DNA of 64,000 nucleotides from Chlamydiales bacterium (GTDB lineage Bacteria; Chlamydiota; Chlamydiia; Chlamydiales; SM23-39): NCBI GenBank assembly GCA_965261025.1, contig OZ253438.1, positions 9,229 to 73,228 of the forward strand, read 5' to 3'. Shown piece by piece: positions 56,185 to 64,000 of this stretch (position 1 is its first letter; each line of letters starts with the position of its first letter). The notes under the pieces were generated by a model. It saw only the letters and a program-made list of their open reading frames with translations, ran no database searches and was not told where the DNA came from. The position numbers and the translations under genes were made by a program.

Positions 56185-56316
56185 TTCTCCAATGGAAATT
56201 TCTCTGAAAATATTCTGAGCCATAGCTTGTTTTTCTATTACATTAGGACTTTTTGTAGAGCATTAAAGGTTACTTAAAGTTTTTATTTATATAAATTTCT
56301 TGAAAAAAGCTTTTTA

Positions 56317-56343
56317 TTGATATACCTTGTCAAGGTATATCAA
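56317..56343. promoter_or_regulatory. 27-bp perfect palindrome immediately upstream of higB (candidate HigA operator overlapping promoter)
   Basis: TTGATATACCTTG-T-CAAGGTATATCAA ends 17 nt before the higB start and contains TTGATA and TATATC hexamers. Confidence 0.55.
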
Positions 56344-56359
56344 TCTTAACTGAGTTGTA

Positions 56360-56650
56360 GTGATGGCTATTCAATCCTTTGTTGATGAAGATGCCGAACT
56401 TTTTTTCAAAAAAGGTATTCGAGCTAGGAAAAGAGGATGGGATCAATGTCGCAATATAGCAAAGAGGAAGCTTGATATGCTACACTATGCAAAAGAACTA
56501 AAAGATTTGAAGAGTCCACCGAATAATAGGCTAGAGATTTTAAAAGGGGATTTTAAAGGCCACTATAGTATCAGAGTGAATGATCAGTGGCGGATTGTTT
56601 TTAGATGGGATCACGCCCCGCATGATGTACAAATTATAGATTATCATTAA
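56360..56650 (+). CDS. higB: HigB-type toxin (RelE/ParE superfamily, 'plasmid maintenance system killer')
   Basis: IQSFVDEDAELFFKKG...KLDMLHYAKELKDLKSPPNNRLEILKGDFKGHYSIRVNDQWRIVFRW......IIDYH is the canonical HigB killer-protein pattern. Confidence 0.85.
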   Translation: MMAIQSFVDEDAELFFKKGIRARKRGWDQCRNIAKRKLDMLHYAKELKDLKSPPNNRLEILKGDFKGHYSIRVNDQWRIVFRWDHAPHDVQIIDYH

Positions 56651-56652
56651 AT

Positions 56653-56976
56653 TTGAAGGGTATTATGAGAAGAAAACCTACCTCTCCTGGAGAGATCCTT
56701 TTCGAAGAGTTCTTAAAACCATTAGGAATTACTCAAGCAGAGTTTGCAATTCATCTTGGATGTGATTACAAAGTAATTAACCGGATCATCAATGAAAAAG
56801 CTTCAGTTACCCCTCAAATGGCTATGAAATTTGCAGCAGCTTTAGATACTACCCCCGATTTTTGGTTGAATGCACAGATGCATTTAGATTTATGGAAGCT
56901 TCGTATAAAAAAACCAAAAATTCACTCTTTAATTCGAGTAAGAAGAAGATCTAAAAAGACAAATTATTTGGAATAG
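56653..56976 (+). CDS. higA: HigA-type antitoxin (XRE HTH)
   Basis: PTSPGEILFEEFLKPLGITQAEFAIHLGCDYKVINRIINEKASVTPQMAMKFAAALDTTPDFWLNAQ is the HigA/VapI pattern. The likely start is the ATG at 56665. Confidence 0.85.
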   Translation: MKGIMRRKPTSPGEILFEEFLKPLGITQAEFAIHLGCDYKVINRIINEKASVTPQMAMKFAAALDTTPDFWLNAQMHLDLWKLRIKKPKIHSLIRVRRRSKKTNYLE

Positions 56977-56999
56977 TTGAATCTGGGTGAATTTTTTCT

Positions 57000-57239
57000 A
57001 TGAAAAATAAATTTAGACTTTCAAGACATATTCCTGAAAAAATCATTTTTGAAGAGATTAATAGGAACTTTGGAGGCCATAATATTTTGGTAAATAAAGA
57101 AGGAGAGTTCGTGTGGATAAATCCCAAGGGAGGGAAGGTAATACAAGCATCCTGTGAGGCTCGTTTTTCAAAGTTAGAAGATTCTTACGGACTTATTGTA
57201 GAAAATAACAGTAGCTTTAAACTATTTGGGAGGTCTTGA
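57000..57239 (+). CDS. small hypothetical protein
   Basis: 79-aa ORF between two TA modules. No motif recognised. Confidence 0.35.
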   Translation: MKNKFRLSRHIPEKIIFEEINRNFGGHNILVNKEGEFVWINPKGGKVIQASCEARFSKLEDSYGLIVENNSSFKLFGRS

Positions 57240-57251
57240 AGTCTATAGAAA

Positions 57252-57521
57252 TTATTCAAAAAAATCTGCATGGGTTCCTGTTCTGACGAGAGTAAGTGTT
57301 TTTGAATCTAAAATGTAAATAAGAAGCCAATCACCTTCTATATGGCATTCCCAGTGGTCTTTGTAATTTCCTGAAAGTCGATGGTTTCTATATTTAGGAG
57401 GTAAGAGATAACCTTGCCTTAGAAGCTCTATGATAGAATTTATCTTAGATAGATTTTTTCCTCTTTTTTTGGATAGTTTAAGGTCTTTTTTCATTTGATT
57501 GGTAACTGCAAGATCCAGCAT
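57252..57521 (-). CDS. YafQ/RelE-family mRNA interferase toxin
   Basis: KKDLKLSKKRGKNLSKINSIIELL....LPPKYRNHRLSGNYKDHWECHIEGDWLLIY......LTLVRTGTHADFF matches the YafQ-type pattern (DH.L.G.....ECHI.PDWLLIY...TGTHSDLF). Confidence 0.85.
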   Translation of the reverse strand: MLDLAVTNQMKKDLKLSKKRGKNLSKINSIIELLRQGYLLPPKYRNHRLSGNYKDHWECHIEGDWLLIYILDSKTLTLVRTGTHADFFE

Positions 57522-57764
57522 TTAAATGCCTAAATGGTCGCAAAGATCATTAAAATCCTTAAACTTAGAGGTTTTTCTTTTTCTGGCATCTGCTATAGCT
57601 TGTTTAGTGAGCTTTTTAGGTGTCTTGCTAGGATAGATCCTTTCGTGGATGCAGTCTATTACAAAATCTCTAATAGTGGCATCTTCGGCAGCTGCTAGTA
57701 CTTTAATTCTTTTATGATCTTTAAAAGGAACGTCAATGGACATACGGATCATCTTGGTTTGCAT
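57522..57764 (-). CDS. ribbon-helix-helix antitoxin (DinJ/RelB/ParD-like partner of the YafQ toxin)
   Basis: An 80-aa ORF from the ATG at 57764 (RBS AAAGAGG). MIRMSIDVPFKDHKRIKVLAAAEDATIRDFV is an RHH beta-strand/helix pattern. It abuts the toxin start. The track ORF extends to 57869. Confidence 0.7.
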   Translation of the reverse strand: MQTKMIRMSIDVPFKDHKRIKVLAAAEDATIRDFVIDCIHERIYPSKTPKKLTKQAIADARKRKTSKFKDFNDLCDHLGI

Positions 57765-57821
57765 GATTTTTACCTCTTTTTTTGTTATTTTACTTAAATA
57801 AGTAAATAAGTGCAATCCCAA

Positions 57822-57926
57822 GGGACATAAATGGGACAGCAGTCTTTCAAAAAAGCCAACTAAAGGCAATTAGCTTCAACAAATAAATTGATCTAATGCT
57901 CTCTTTTTTAGGTTGATAAGTGTTGA
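57822..57926. repeat. ~105-bp repeat R2 (partner of 55997-56102)
   Basis: GGGACATAAATGGGACAGCAGTCTTTCAAAAAAGCCAACTAAAGGCAATTAGCTTCAACAAATAAATTGATCTAATGCTCTCTTTTTTAGGTTGATAAGTGTTGA lies upstream of a minus-strand TA operon, just as R1 does. Confidence 0.85.
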
Positions 57927-58014
57927 AAATGAGGAAAAGTAGGGGATGATCTAAAACAAGAAGTAGACCGTACTCGACTTTTTTTGTGGTTGGATAGCTT
58001 TACCAATAAAAAGA

Positions 58015-59565
58015 TTATTTTGAAGTGAATATTCTCTCAGCTGAAGCAGAAGAGCTCCGCCGAAGAAGAAATAAAAAGAAGAAAAAAAGGCAGGAGAAGA
58101 AAGAAAGAGGAAGAGAAAAGCTTTTTGCATAAAGGAAATATTCATAGCAGACAGGGGGGTGCAAAATAGAGCAAAGTAAAAAAGAAGAGAGCCATTTTAC
58201 AAGAAAAAGAAGAGGAAAGAGAAAATCGCCTAGAAAGAAAAAAGTCATAATTACAAAAAGAAGGGGAAGGAGAAGTATTATGAAAAAGGGGACCCATAGA
58301 TTATAGAGAAAAGAAAAAAGAGAAACCTTCTGAAATTTGTAGAGAAGAATAGGTGCTGTCATCATAAATAGGGCTACTTGCATGCTGAGAGCTCTTCTGT
58401 AAAAAGAACCTAGTGAATAGATTCCTCTTTCCAAGAGAGAAAAGCCTTTTTTCTCCTCTTTGTCTTTCAGGGCAAAAAAAGAGCCCCAAAGTCTATCCAA
58501 GACAGGGGTTCCTAGATAAAGAGCTATACAGCAGGAAAAACTCAAAAGAAACCCTAGATGGCTAAGGTAATGGGGAAAGAGAAGGAGTTCAAAAAAAAGA
58601 GAGGCGCCTAAAAGATTTAAAAAATCGGTTTTTTTGTGGAGAAGTTCAGCTAAAAAATAAAAAAGCAGGATAAACCAAGTTCTTAAAACAGAAGGTAGAG
58701 GCCCTAGGAAAAGAAAATAACAGGAGGTAAAGAAAAAAGTAAGAGAAAGGCTTTTTCGATGAGAAAGAAACTGGGAGAGCAAAAAATAGAAGAAAAGGGA
58801 AAGGAGAGAGAAATGAAACCCAGAAATGGCTAGGAGATGAGAGAGTCCTAATCTAGAAAAAGTAAAGCGAAGATAGGGATTTGTTAATTCTGAAGTAAAC
58901 AGAGCATAAAGAAAGTCCACCAGGTCTTTTTTTTCAAAATGATGAGATAAAAACTGGTAGATTTTCTTTTTCAGGGACACTCTTATAGCATCAAAAGAAA
59001 AGGTAGAGTCTATAGCCACTAAGGAAGAGGGTAGAGGTTTGAAAACAATACGATCCTCTTGTCTTTGTAAAAAACCTTCTGCTGCATATATTTTTGAAGA
59101 AGAGAGAAAAGGAGGTTTGGTTCGGGAAATAATTACGGGGAGTTTTTTCCATTTTTGTTTTTCTAAAAAAATCAGTGAGGATTCATACTGCTTTCTTTGC
59201 CCGAAAGAAGTAGCCGAAAGAGTGGTTTTTTTTATTTTAAAAAAACCCTCTATCTTCCCAGAAGGAGTAGGACAGGGCAAGCGAGTAAAATGAAATAGAG
59301 CTAAAAGAAAACAAAATAGGGCGAGAAAAAGCTTTTGTTTATCAAAGAAAATAAGAGGTAAGAAAAGGGCAGAAAACCCTACTAAAAAACAGGGAGAAAG
59401 ACTCTTGATAAAAGCTCCTCCTAGGGCAAAAGAAAGGCCAGATACCAAAGCAGGTCTTTTTTTCCAGAAGTAGGCTAGTCTTTGGAGCGTTTCCTTAGTT
59501 CTTCCTCGATACTTCGGTTGATCAAACGGGCACCCCTTTGGTTGGTATAATATGCGAAAAGCCAT
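58015..59565 (-). CDS. comEC: ComEC/Rec2 family DNA internalisation channel protein (competence domain only)
   Basis: 516-aa polytopic protein with the ComEC core motif RLGLSHLLAISGFHFSLL. I saw no C-terminal metallo-beta-lactamase domain. The 5' end overlaps ndh by 91 nt, so the true start may be an internal TTG. Confidence 0.8.
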   Translation of the reverse strand: MAFRILYQPKGCPFDQPKYRGRTKETLQRLAYFWKKRPALVSGLSFALGGAFIKSLSPCFLVGFSALFLPLIFFDKQKLFLALFCFLLALFHFTRLPCPTPSGKIEGFFKIKKTTLSATSFGQRKQYESSLIFLEKQKWKKLPVIISRTKPPFLSSSKIYAAEGFLQRQEDRIVFKPLPSSLVAIDSTFSFDAIRVSLKKKIYQFLSHHFEKKDLVDFLYALFTSELTNPYLRFTFSRLGLSHLLAISGFHFSLLSLFFYFLLSQFLSHRKSLSLTFFFTSCYFLFLGPLPSVLRTWFILLFYFLAELLHKKTDFLNLLGASLFFELLLFPHYLSHLGFLLSFSCCIALYLGTPVLDRLWGSFFALKDKEEKKGFSLLERGIYSLGSFYRRALSMQVALFMMTAPILLYKFQKVSLFSFLYNLWVPFFIILLLPLLFVIMTFFFLGDFLFPLLFLVKWLSSFLLCSILHPPVCYEYFLYAKSFSLPLSFFSCLFFFFLFLLRRSSSASAERIFTSK

Positions 59566-60749
59566 TGGGATAACACAATGAACTTATTGCGAAATCCAAT
59601 CAAATATAAAATATGCACAAAACACCAAGCAAACCAGGCAAAAAAGCCATGAAATTGAATTTTTCCAAACAGGCCGATAGCTCGAGTTTTTCCGATAGTT
59701 GCCATAGTGCCTTTGTCAAGATAGCGAAAAGCAGGCCTTTTTTCTTTGGGAAGATTTTTTTTTAAAAGGTTTGCTACATATTTTCCTTGTTGTACAGCAA
59801 CGGGTGCAAGGCCGGGTAAAAAATGGGACTCTTTTACAGAAAAAGCAGCGGCATCTCCTAGCACAAATACTTCTGGATGATCGGGTATAGCAAGGTCTTT
59901 GTCTACTAAAACTCTGCCTTGTTTATCCAAAGGTACCTCTAGGGTTTTTAGAAGAGGAGACGCTTGATTGCCTGCCGCCCAGATAACATTTCTTGCAGGA
60001 ATGAAGGTTTCCTCAATTTGAACCCCCTCTTCATTGATATTCGTCACCCTTTTTCCAGAAATTACCTTTACCCCAAATTTTTCCAGGTAATATTGGGCTT
60101 TCTGGGAGAGTCTTTCGGGATATACAGGGAGAATATGGGGAGAGCCTTCTACTAGGTAAATCTTAGACTGAGTTGTATCAATACGACGAAAATTTTTCAG
60201 CATAGTATCATGGGCAATCTCTGCTAGAGCACCCGCTAGCTCTACCCCTGTAGGACCTCCTCCTACAATAACGAAATTGAGATATTTTTTTGCTTCTAAA
60301 ATGCTGTCGCATCTTTCCGCTTTTTCAAAAGAGATCAAAATTCTCTCTCGGATTCTTAAGGCATCAGATAAGGTTTTGATTCCTGGAGCAAATTTTTCCC
60401 ATTCCTCTTTTCCAAAATAGCAATGTTTGGCCCCTACTGCTAATATGAGATAATCATAACCAATTTCATCCCCGTTTTGGAGGGTGACGAGTTTATTGGT
60501 TTTATCTACCTTGGTTGCTTCTCCCATGATTACGGTGATATTGGGGTAAGGAGCTAAAATCTCTCGGATAGGCATAGCAATGTCTGCTGGAGACAAAGCA
60601 GCAGAGGCTACCTGATATAGAAGAGGTTGAAATAGATGATGATTTGTCTTGTCAAGAAGCCATACGTCCCACTTTTCTCCTCCCAGTTTTTTTGCAGCGT
60701 TCAGTCCTGCAAAACCGCCTCCAATAATCAATACTCTCGAATATGCCAT
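59475..60749 (-). CDS. ndh: type II NADH dehydrogenase (NDH-2)
   Basis: VLIIGGGFAGL and VIVGGGPTGVELAG dinucleotide-binding motifs. The ATG at 60749 is preferred over the track start at 60782. Confidence 0.88.
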   Translation of the reverse strand: MAYSRVLIIGGGFAGLNAAKKLGGEKWDVWLLDKTNHHLFQPLLYQVASAALSPADIAMPIREILAPYPNITVIMGEATKVDKTNKLVTLQNGDEIGYDYLILAVGAKHCYFGKEEWEKFAPGIKTLSDALRIRERILISFEKAERCDSILEAKKYLNFVIVGGGPTGVELAGALAEIAHDTMLKNFRRIDTTQSKIYLVEGSPHILPVYPERLSQKAQYYLEKFGVKVISGKRVTNINEEGVQIEETFIPARNVIWAAGNQASPLLKTLEVPLDKQGRVLVDKDLAIPDHPEVFVLGDAAAFSVKESHFLPGLAPVAVQQGKYVANLLKKNLPKEKRPAFRYLDKGTMATIGKTRAIGLFGKIQFHGFFAWFAWCFVHILYLIGFRNKFIVLSQWLFAYYTNQRGARLINRSIEEELRKRSKD

Positions 60750-60886
60750 GTTAAGGATTCCTTTTGTTCTCCAATATAGCAAAATGAATTTCTGAAAAAA
60801 GCTTTTTTTCCTGGAAAAGCTTTTGTTCTATAAATAATCCTTTTGCCTTGTTAGGATAGAAAAGGTAGGCAGAGGTTTTCTTTTCG

Positions 60887-61663
60887 GTGAACTCTTTAGT
60901 GAAAAACCACTATGAAAAGTCAAATGGGCTTTTTTCTGAGGTGCTTTTTTTCTCGCAAGATAGGATTTCCTGGGAGGAGACCAAGAAGAAAATTCCTGAA
61001 TTCCCTAAGGGGTGGTATGAACTTTCTTGTTTAAATGATCCAGATCGAATTGAGTTTACTAAGGAGTATTGGTTAAAAGTTCTTCCTTTTGTTCCGAAAG
61101 CACATCCTAAAATTATCCGCTTTTTTCAAGGACTAGATGACGTGGGAATCTATGCTTTTTTGCCGAAAAATCAGGAGAAATGGCAACTTGAGTTTATCTA
61201 TAGTCTAAAGAATGAGGCTTGTTTTTTTCGAGGGGGGCTTTTTGCAAGGGAAGGATCCATCCAGGCTTTAAATCAGCAGCTGCAGCATGTTCTACCGAAA
61301 GATTATTTGGCTTTTTTTCAGATTCACAACGGTTTTGCAAGGCATAATGACATAGGAATCCTTCATTTAGAACAAGTTATACCGTGCCAAAAGCAACTGG
61401 AAAGAATCTTGCTGGATTCTCAAAAAAGGTACACTCCTTCTATTATTTACGAAAGGGATTCTTTAATTCCTTTTTATGAGTGCTTTGGCCTACATTCCTT
61501 TCAGTGTTTTTTTAAAGAATGGTACCCTACTTCAGAAATAGGGAATGTCTATTTTTCAGGAGTAGATTATACTATCTCCAAGGTAGTGAAAGCAGAAGAG
61601 GATTTGGCTTTTGAAAGTTTTTCAAAGTGGCTTGCTTTTTATTTAGAAGGGAGAGAAACATGA
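60887..61663 (+). CDS. hypothetical protein with SMI1/KNR4 (SUKH)-like motif
   Basis: 258 aa. LPKDYLAFFQIHNGF resembles the SUKH-1 signature (LP.dY..fl...NG). GTG start. Confidence 0.4.
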   Translation: MNSLVKNHYEKSNGLFSEVLFFSQDRISWEETKKKIPEFPKGWYELSCLNDPDRIEFTKEYWLKVLPFVPKAHPKIIRFFQGLDDVGIYAFLPKNQEKWQLEFIYSLKNEACFFRGGLFAREGSIQALNQQLQHVLPKDYLAFFQIHNGFARHNDIGILHLEQVIPCQKQLERILLDSQKRYTPSIIYERDSLIPFYECFGLHSFQCFFKEWYPTSEIGNVYFSGVDYTISKVVKAEEDLAFESFSKWLAFYLEGRET

Positions 61664-61670
61664 AGGGTTT

Positions 61671-62618
61671 ATGCCGTTTACCCTAGAGGAATTTTTTCGT
61701 AAATACAAAAAAGCTATAGGACTTGAGCTAATAACAGATAAGAGAGGGCTTTCTCGAAGAGTAGAAAGACCAGAGATATATAGGCCAGGTCTTAGTCTTT
61801 CTGGTTATTTAAAGAATATGGCTACCCGAGGCTTTTTGTTATTTGGGAGAGTGGAAATTTCTTATCTAAAAGAGCTTTCTGCAGAGCTGCGTCTCAAGCG
61901 TCTTCGGGACGTTTTACAAGAAAAAATTACGGCTATCATCATAGCAAGAAGAGCTACTCCTTCTAAGGAAATGCTCCAGGTATGTGAAGAAAAAAAGATC
62001 CCTCTATTTGCCACAAGCGATACAGCTACTTCTTGCTTTAGTAAAATGAGCTATTTTTTGAATGAAGAAACTTCTCCAGAACTTTCTTTACATGCTACTT
62101 TAGTAGAGCTTTTTGGAGTAGGTGCTTTGATTCAAGGTCCTTCCTCTGTAGGGAAAAGTGAAACGGCTTTAGGGCTTGTTGAAAGAGGGCATAGGCTTGT
62201 CTCAGATGACTTAGTGCGCATTCGAAAAAAGGAAGGGTCTATTTTAGAGGGAACAGGACCTGAATTGGGGAGACATCTAATTGAAATTAGAGGGATTGGC
62301 ATTATTAATGTAGCCCATCTTTACGGAGCTGTTAGCGTAAGAGAGAGTAAGGGGATTGATCTGGTAGTTCGGATGGAAGAATGGAATAGGGCCCATTTTT
62401 ACGATCGAGTAGGATTAGAAGAAAAATCTACGGAAATTTTGGGCGTAAGCCTTCCCTATTACATGCTTCCTATAAAACCGGGAAGAGACTTAGTGCTCTT
62501 GATGGAGGCTTTAATACTCAATCACAAATTAAAGGCGATGGGGTATCATTCAGCAAAAGAATTTAATGCAAAGTTGCTGAAGACTTTAATGGAAAAAGGG
62601 AAGAGGCAACGAGTATAG
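61671..62618 (+). CDS. hprK: HPr kinase/phosphorylase
   Basis: GPSSVGKSETALGLVERGHRLVSDDLV P-loop/signature and EIRGIGIINV. Confidence 0.93.
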   Translation: MPFTLEEFFRKYKKAIGLELITDKRGLSRRVERPEIYRPGLSLSGYLKNMATRGFLLFGRVEISYLKELSAELRLKRLRDVLQEKITAIIIARRATPSKEMLQVCEEKKIPLFATSDTATSCFSKMSYFLNEETSPELSLHATLVELFGVGALIQGPSSVGKSETALGLVERGHRLVSDDLVRIRKKEGSILEGTGPELGRHLIEIRGIGIINVAHLYGAVSVRESKGIDLVVRMEEWNRAHFYDRVGLEEKSTEILGVSLPYYMLPIKPGRDLVLLMEALILNHKLKAMGYHSAKEFNAKLLKTLMEKGKRQRV

Positions 62619-62619
62619 A

Positions 62620-62889
62620 ATGAGACTTTCTAAAAAATTTAAGGTAAAAAATGAGTTAGGTCTGCATACAAGGCCTGCAACGCAAATTGTAAAGATTTTA
62701 GAAGCGTTTCGCTCTTCTGTCTACTTCACTTATAAAAAAGATACAATCAATGCACGAAGCATTATGAGTATTCTTATTTTAGCGGTAAGTAAAAATGCTC
62801 AGATTACTGTGACAGTAGAAGGCGAAGATGCACTGGATGTAATGGATCGTTTAGTGCAATTTTTTGAAGAAGGGATGAAGGAGATTTGA
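62620..62889 (+). CDS. ptsH: phosphocarrier protein HPr
   Basis: 89 aa. NELGLHTRPATQIV contains the His-15 context, and INARSIMSIL the Ser-46 region. Confidence 0.9.
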   Translation: MRLSKKFKVKNELGLHTRPATQIVKILEAFRSSVYFTYKKDTINARSIMSILILAVSKNAQITVTVEGEDALDVMDRLVQFFEEGMKEI

Positions 62890-64000
62890 AAAAAGAAATA
62901 AAAATATTGCCTATTTCAGAAAAAAAATTACAGGGAGTAGCTGTCAGTTCCGGGATTGCCATAGGCTCTCCTTTTTTCTCACCTGTTGATATAGCGGTTG
63001 TCCCCGAATATCAACTTTCTTCGGAAGAAGTGGAAAAAGAAATTGGGCATTATCAAAAGGCGCTTGCTAAAAGCAAGAAAGAAATTTTTACCTTAAAATC
63101 CCACTGTGGAGAAGAAGAAAACAAGGAAATTGCTTCTATTTTAGAAGCACATCTTCAGATTTTAAAAGATCCTTTGATTACGCAAGGGATTGAAGAAGAA
63201 ATCCGGAATGCGAAAAAAAACTCTGCCTATATTTTTTCTGAAACTATGGGAGCTTTGAAAAATCGGTTGCAGAGCTCTTCTGATCCGATTTTTCAAGAAA
63301 GAGTACAAGATGTTTCAGATATTTATAGAAGAGTTCTCTCCCATCTTCTACCTTCTGGAGAAAAAAAGAGCGTGCTTTTAGAAAGTATTTTGGTTGTTTT
63401 AGAACTTACTCCCTCTATTGCTATGGAAGTAGAAGATAAAACTTGGGTTGGTTTTATCAGCCAGCAAGGGGGGATCTCTTCTCATGCAGCCATAATAGCC
63501 AGAGCTAAAAAGATCCCTTACGTAACGGGGATTGAAATATCGAGTCTTGAAAAAACAAAAATATTTGAAGTGATTATAGATGGATTTGAAGGAAAGGTAA
63601 TTCTGAATCCAGAAGAAAAAACTAAAGAGAAATACAGGAAAATCAAAGAACGGAAGGAAAGAAACTTTTTTTCTCTTAGAAAGAAGGTACATCTTGAGGC
63701 CAAGACCTTAGATGGCAAGGTCTTTTCTATTATGGCCAATGTGGATAATTGGGAAGAACTTTCTTCTATTGAGCCGTATCAGACGGAAGGAATAGGGCTT
63801 TTTCGAGGAGAGTATCTTTTGTTTTCTAAAAAAAGAATGCTAGGCGAAAAAGAGCAGATAAGAGCCTATCAAAGGTTAATAGAAGGGGTTTCTCCTTCAA
63901 GCCCTGTAGTAATTCGCCTTTTTGACTTAGGAGGTGACAAGCCTTTTCTTCCCTTGCATAAGGAAGAGCAAAATCCGGCCTTGGGATGTAGAGGAATAAG
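62886..64000 (+). CDS. ptsI: phosphoenolpyruvate-protein phosphotransferase (PTS enzyme I), N-terminal part, runs off window
   Basis: The open frame from the TTG at 62886 (overlapping the ptsH stop) to the window end encodes ...GVAVSSGIAIG... and the active-site QQGGISSHAAIIARA. It is absent from the ORF track because there is no stop in the window. Confidence 0.88.
   Translation, partial: MKKEIKILPISEKKLQGVAVSSGIAIGSPFFSPVDIAVVPEYQLSSEEVEKEIGHYQKALAKSKKEIFTLKSHCGEEENKEIASILEAHLQILKDPLITQGIEEEIRNAKKNSAYIFSETMGALKNRLQSSSDPIFQERVQDVSDIYRRVLSHLLPSGEKKSVLLESILVVLELTPSIAMEVEDKTWVGFISQQGGISSHAAIIARAKKIPYVTGIEISSLEKTKIFEVIIDGFEGKVILNPEEKTKEKYRKIKERKERNFFSLRKKVHLEAKTLDGKVFSIMANVDNWEELSSIEPYQTEGIGLFRGEYLLFSKKRMLGEKEQIRAYQRLIEGVSPSSPVVIRLFDLGGDKPFLPLHKEEQNPALGCRGI

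Noticed and set aside
1-64000. CRISPR arrays, rRNA genes, prophage structural genes
   Set aside because: I found no regularly spaced direct repeats, no 16S/23S/5S-like sequence, and no capsid, tail or terminase motifs while reading both strands.

Overview
AT-rich bacterial window, about 58 protein genes and 4 tRNAs, that reads as a member of the Chlamydiota, probably an environmental Parachlamydiales-like lineage. The evidence is a type III secretion block (copN/sctW, class I chaperone, sctV, sctU) in the gene order PLD-rpmB-...-malQ-scc-copN-(tyrP)-sctV-sctU-ychF-ribF-truB-rbfA-infB-nusA-rpsA. From memory, this matches Chlamydia trachomatis CT084-CT098. Further matches are rpe-(yvcK-HAD)-efp-accB-accC and comEC/ptsH/ptsI neighbourhoods. 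Nt 1-45.9 kb and 58-64 kb are mostly core housekeeping genes. The accessory part is a roughly 12 kb island downstream of tRNA-Tyr (45.9-57.9 kb). It contains two extra, progressively degraded direct copies of the tRNA-Tyr 3' half, which suggests tandem integrations. It also holds a serine-recombinase remnant, a DUF1016 nuclease, a MerR-HTH plus AlbA_2/HATPase_c_4 pair, and four toxin-antitoxin-type modules (one with a truncated Doc toxin). Two dead IS5-family remnants with matching inverted repeats bracket a 909-aa protein and a tightly coupled APH-fold kinase. That 909-aa protein is a clear paralogue of the 987-aa protein at 371-3334, with shared motifs along the whole length. Neither has a domain I recognise, and I consider this family, a candidate T3S effector or host-interaction family with one mobilised copy, the most interesting thing here. 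Other oddities: a GT10 alpha-1,3-fucosyltransferase-like gene, an aspartokinase lacking ACT domains, a PLD gene whose N-terminal anchor has no canonical start codon, and GC-rich palindromes inside a coding region. No rRNA or CRISPR array was seen. All homology calls come from motif recognition by eye. No database searches were run.
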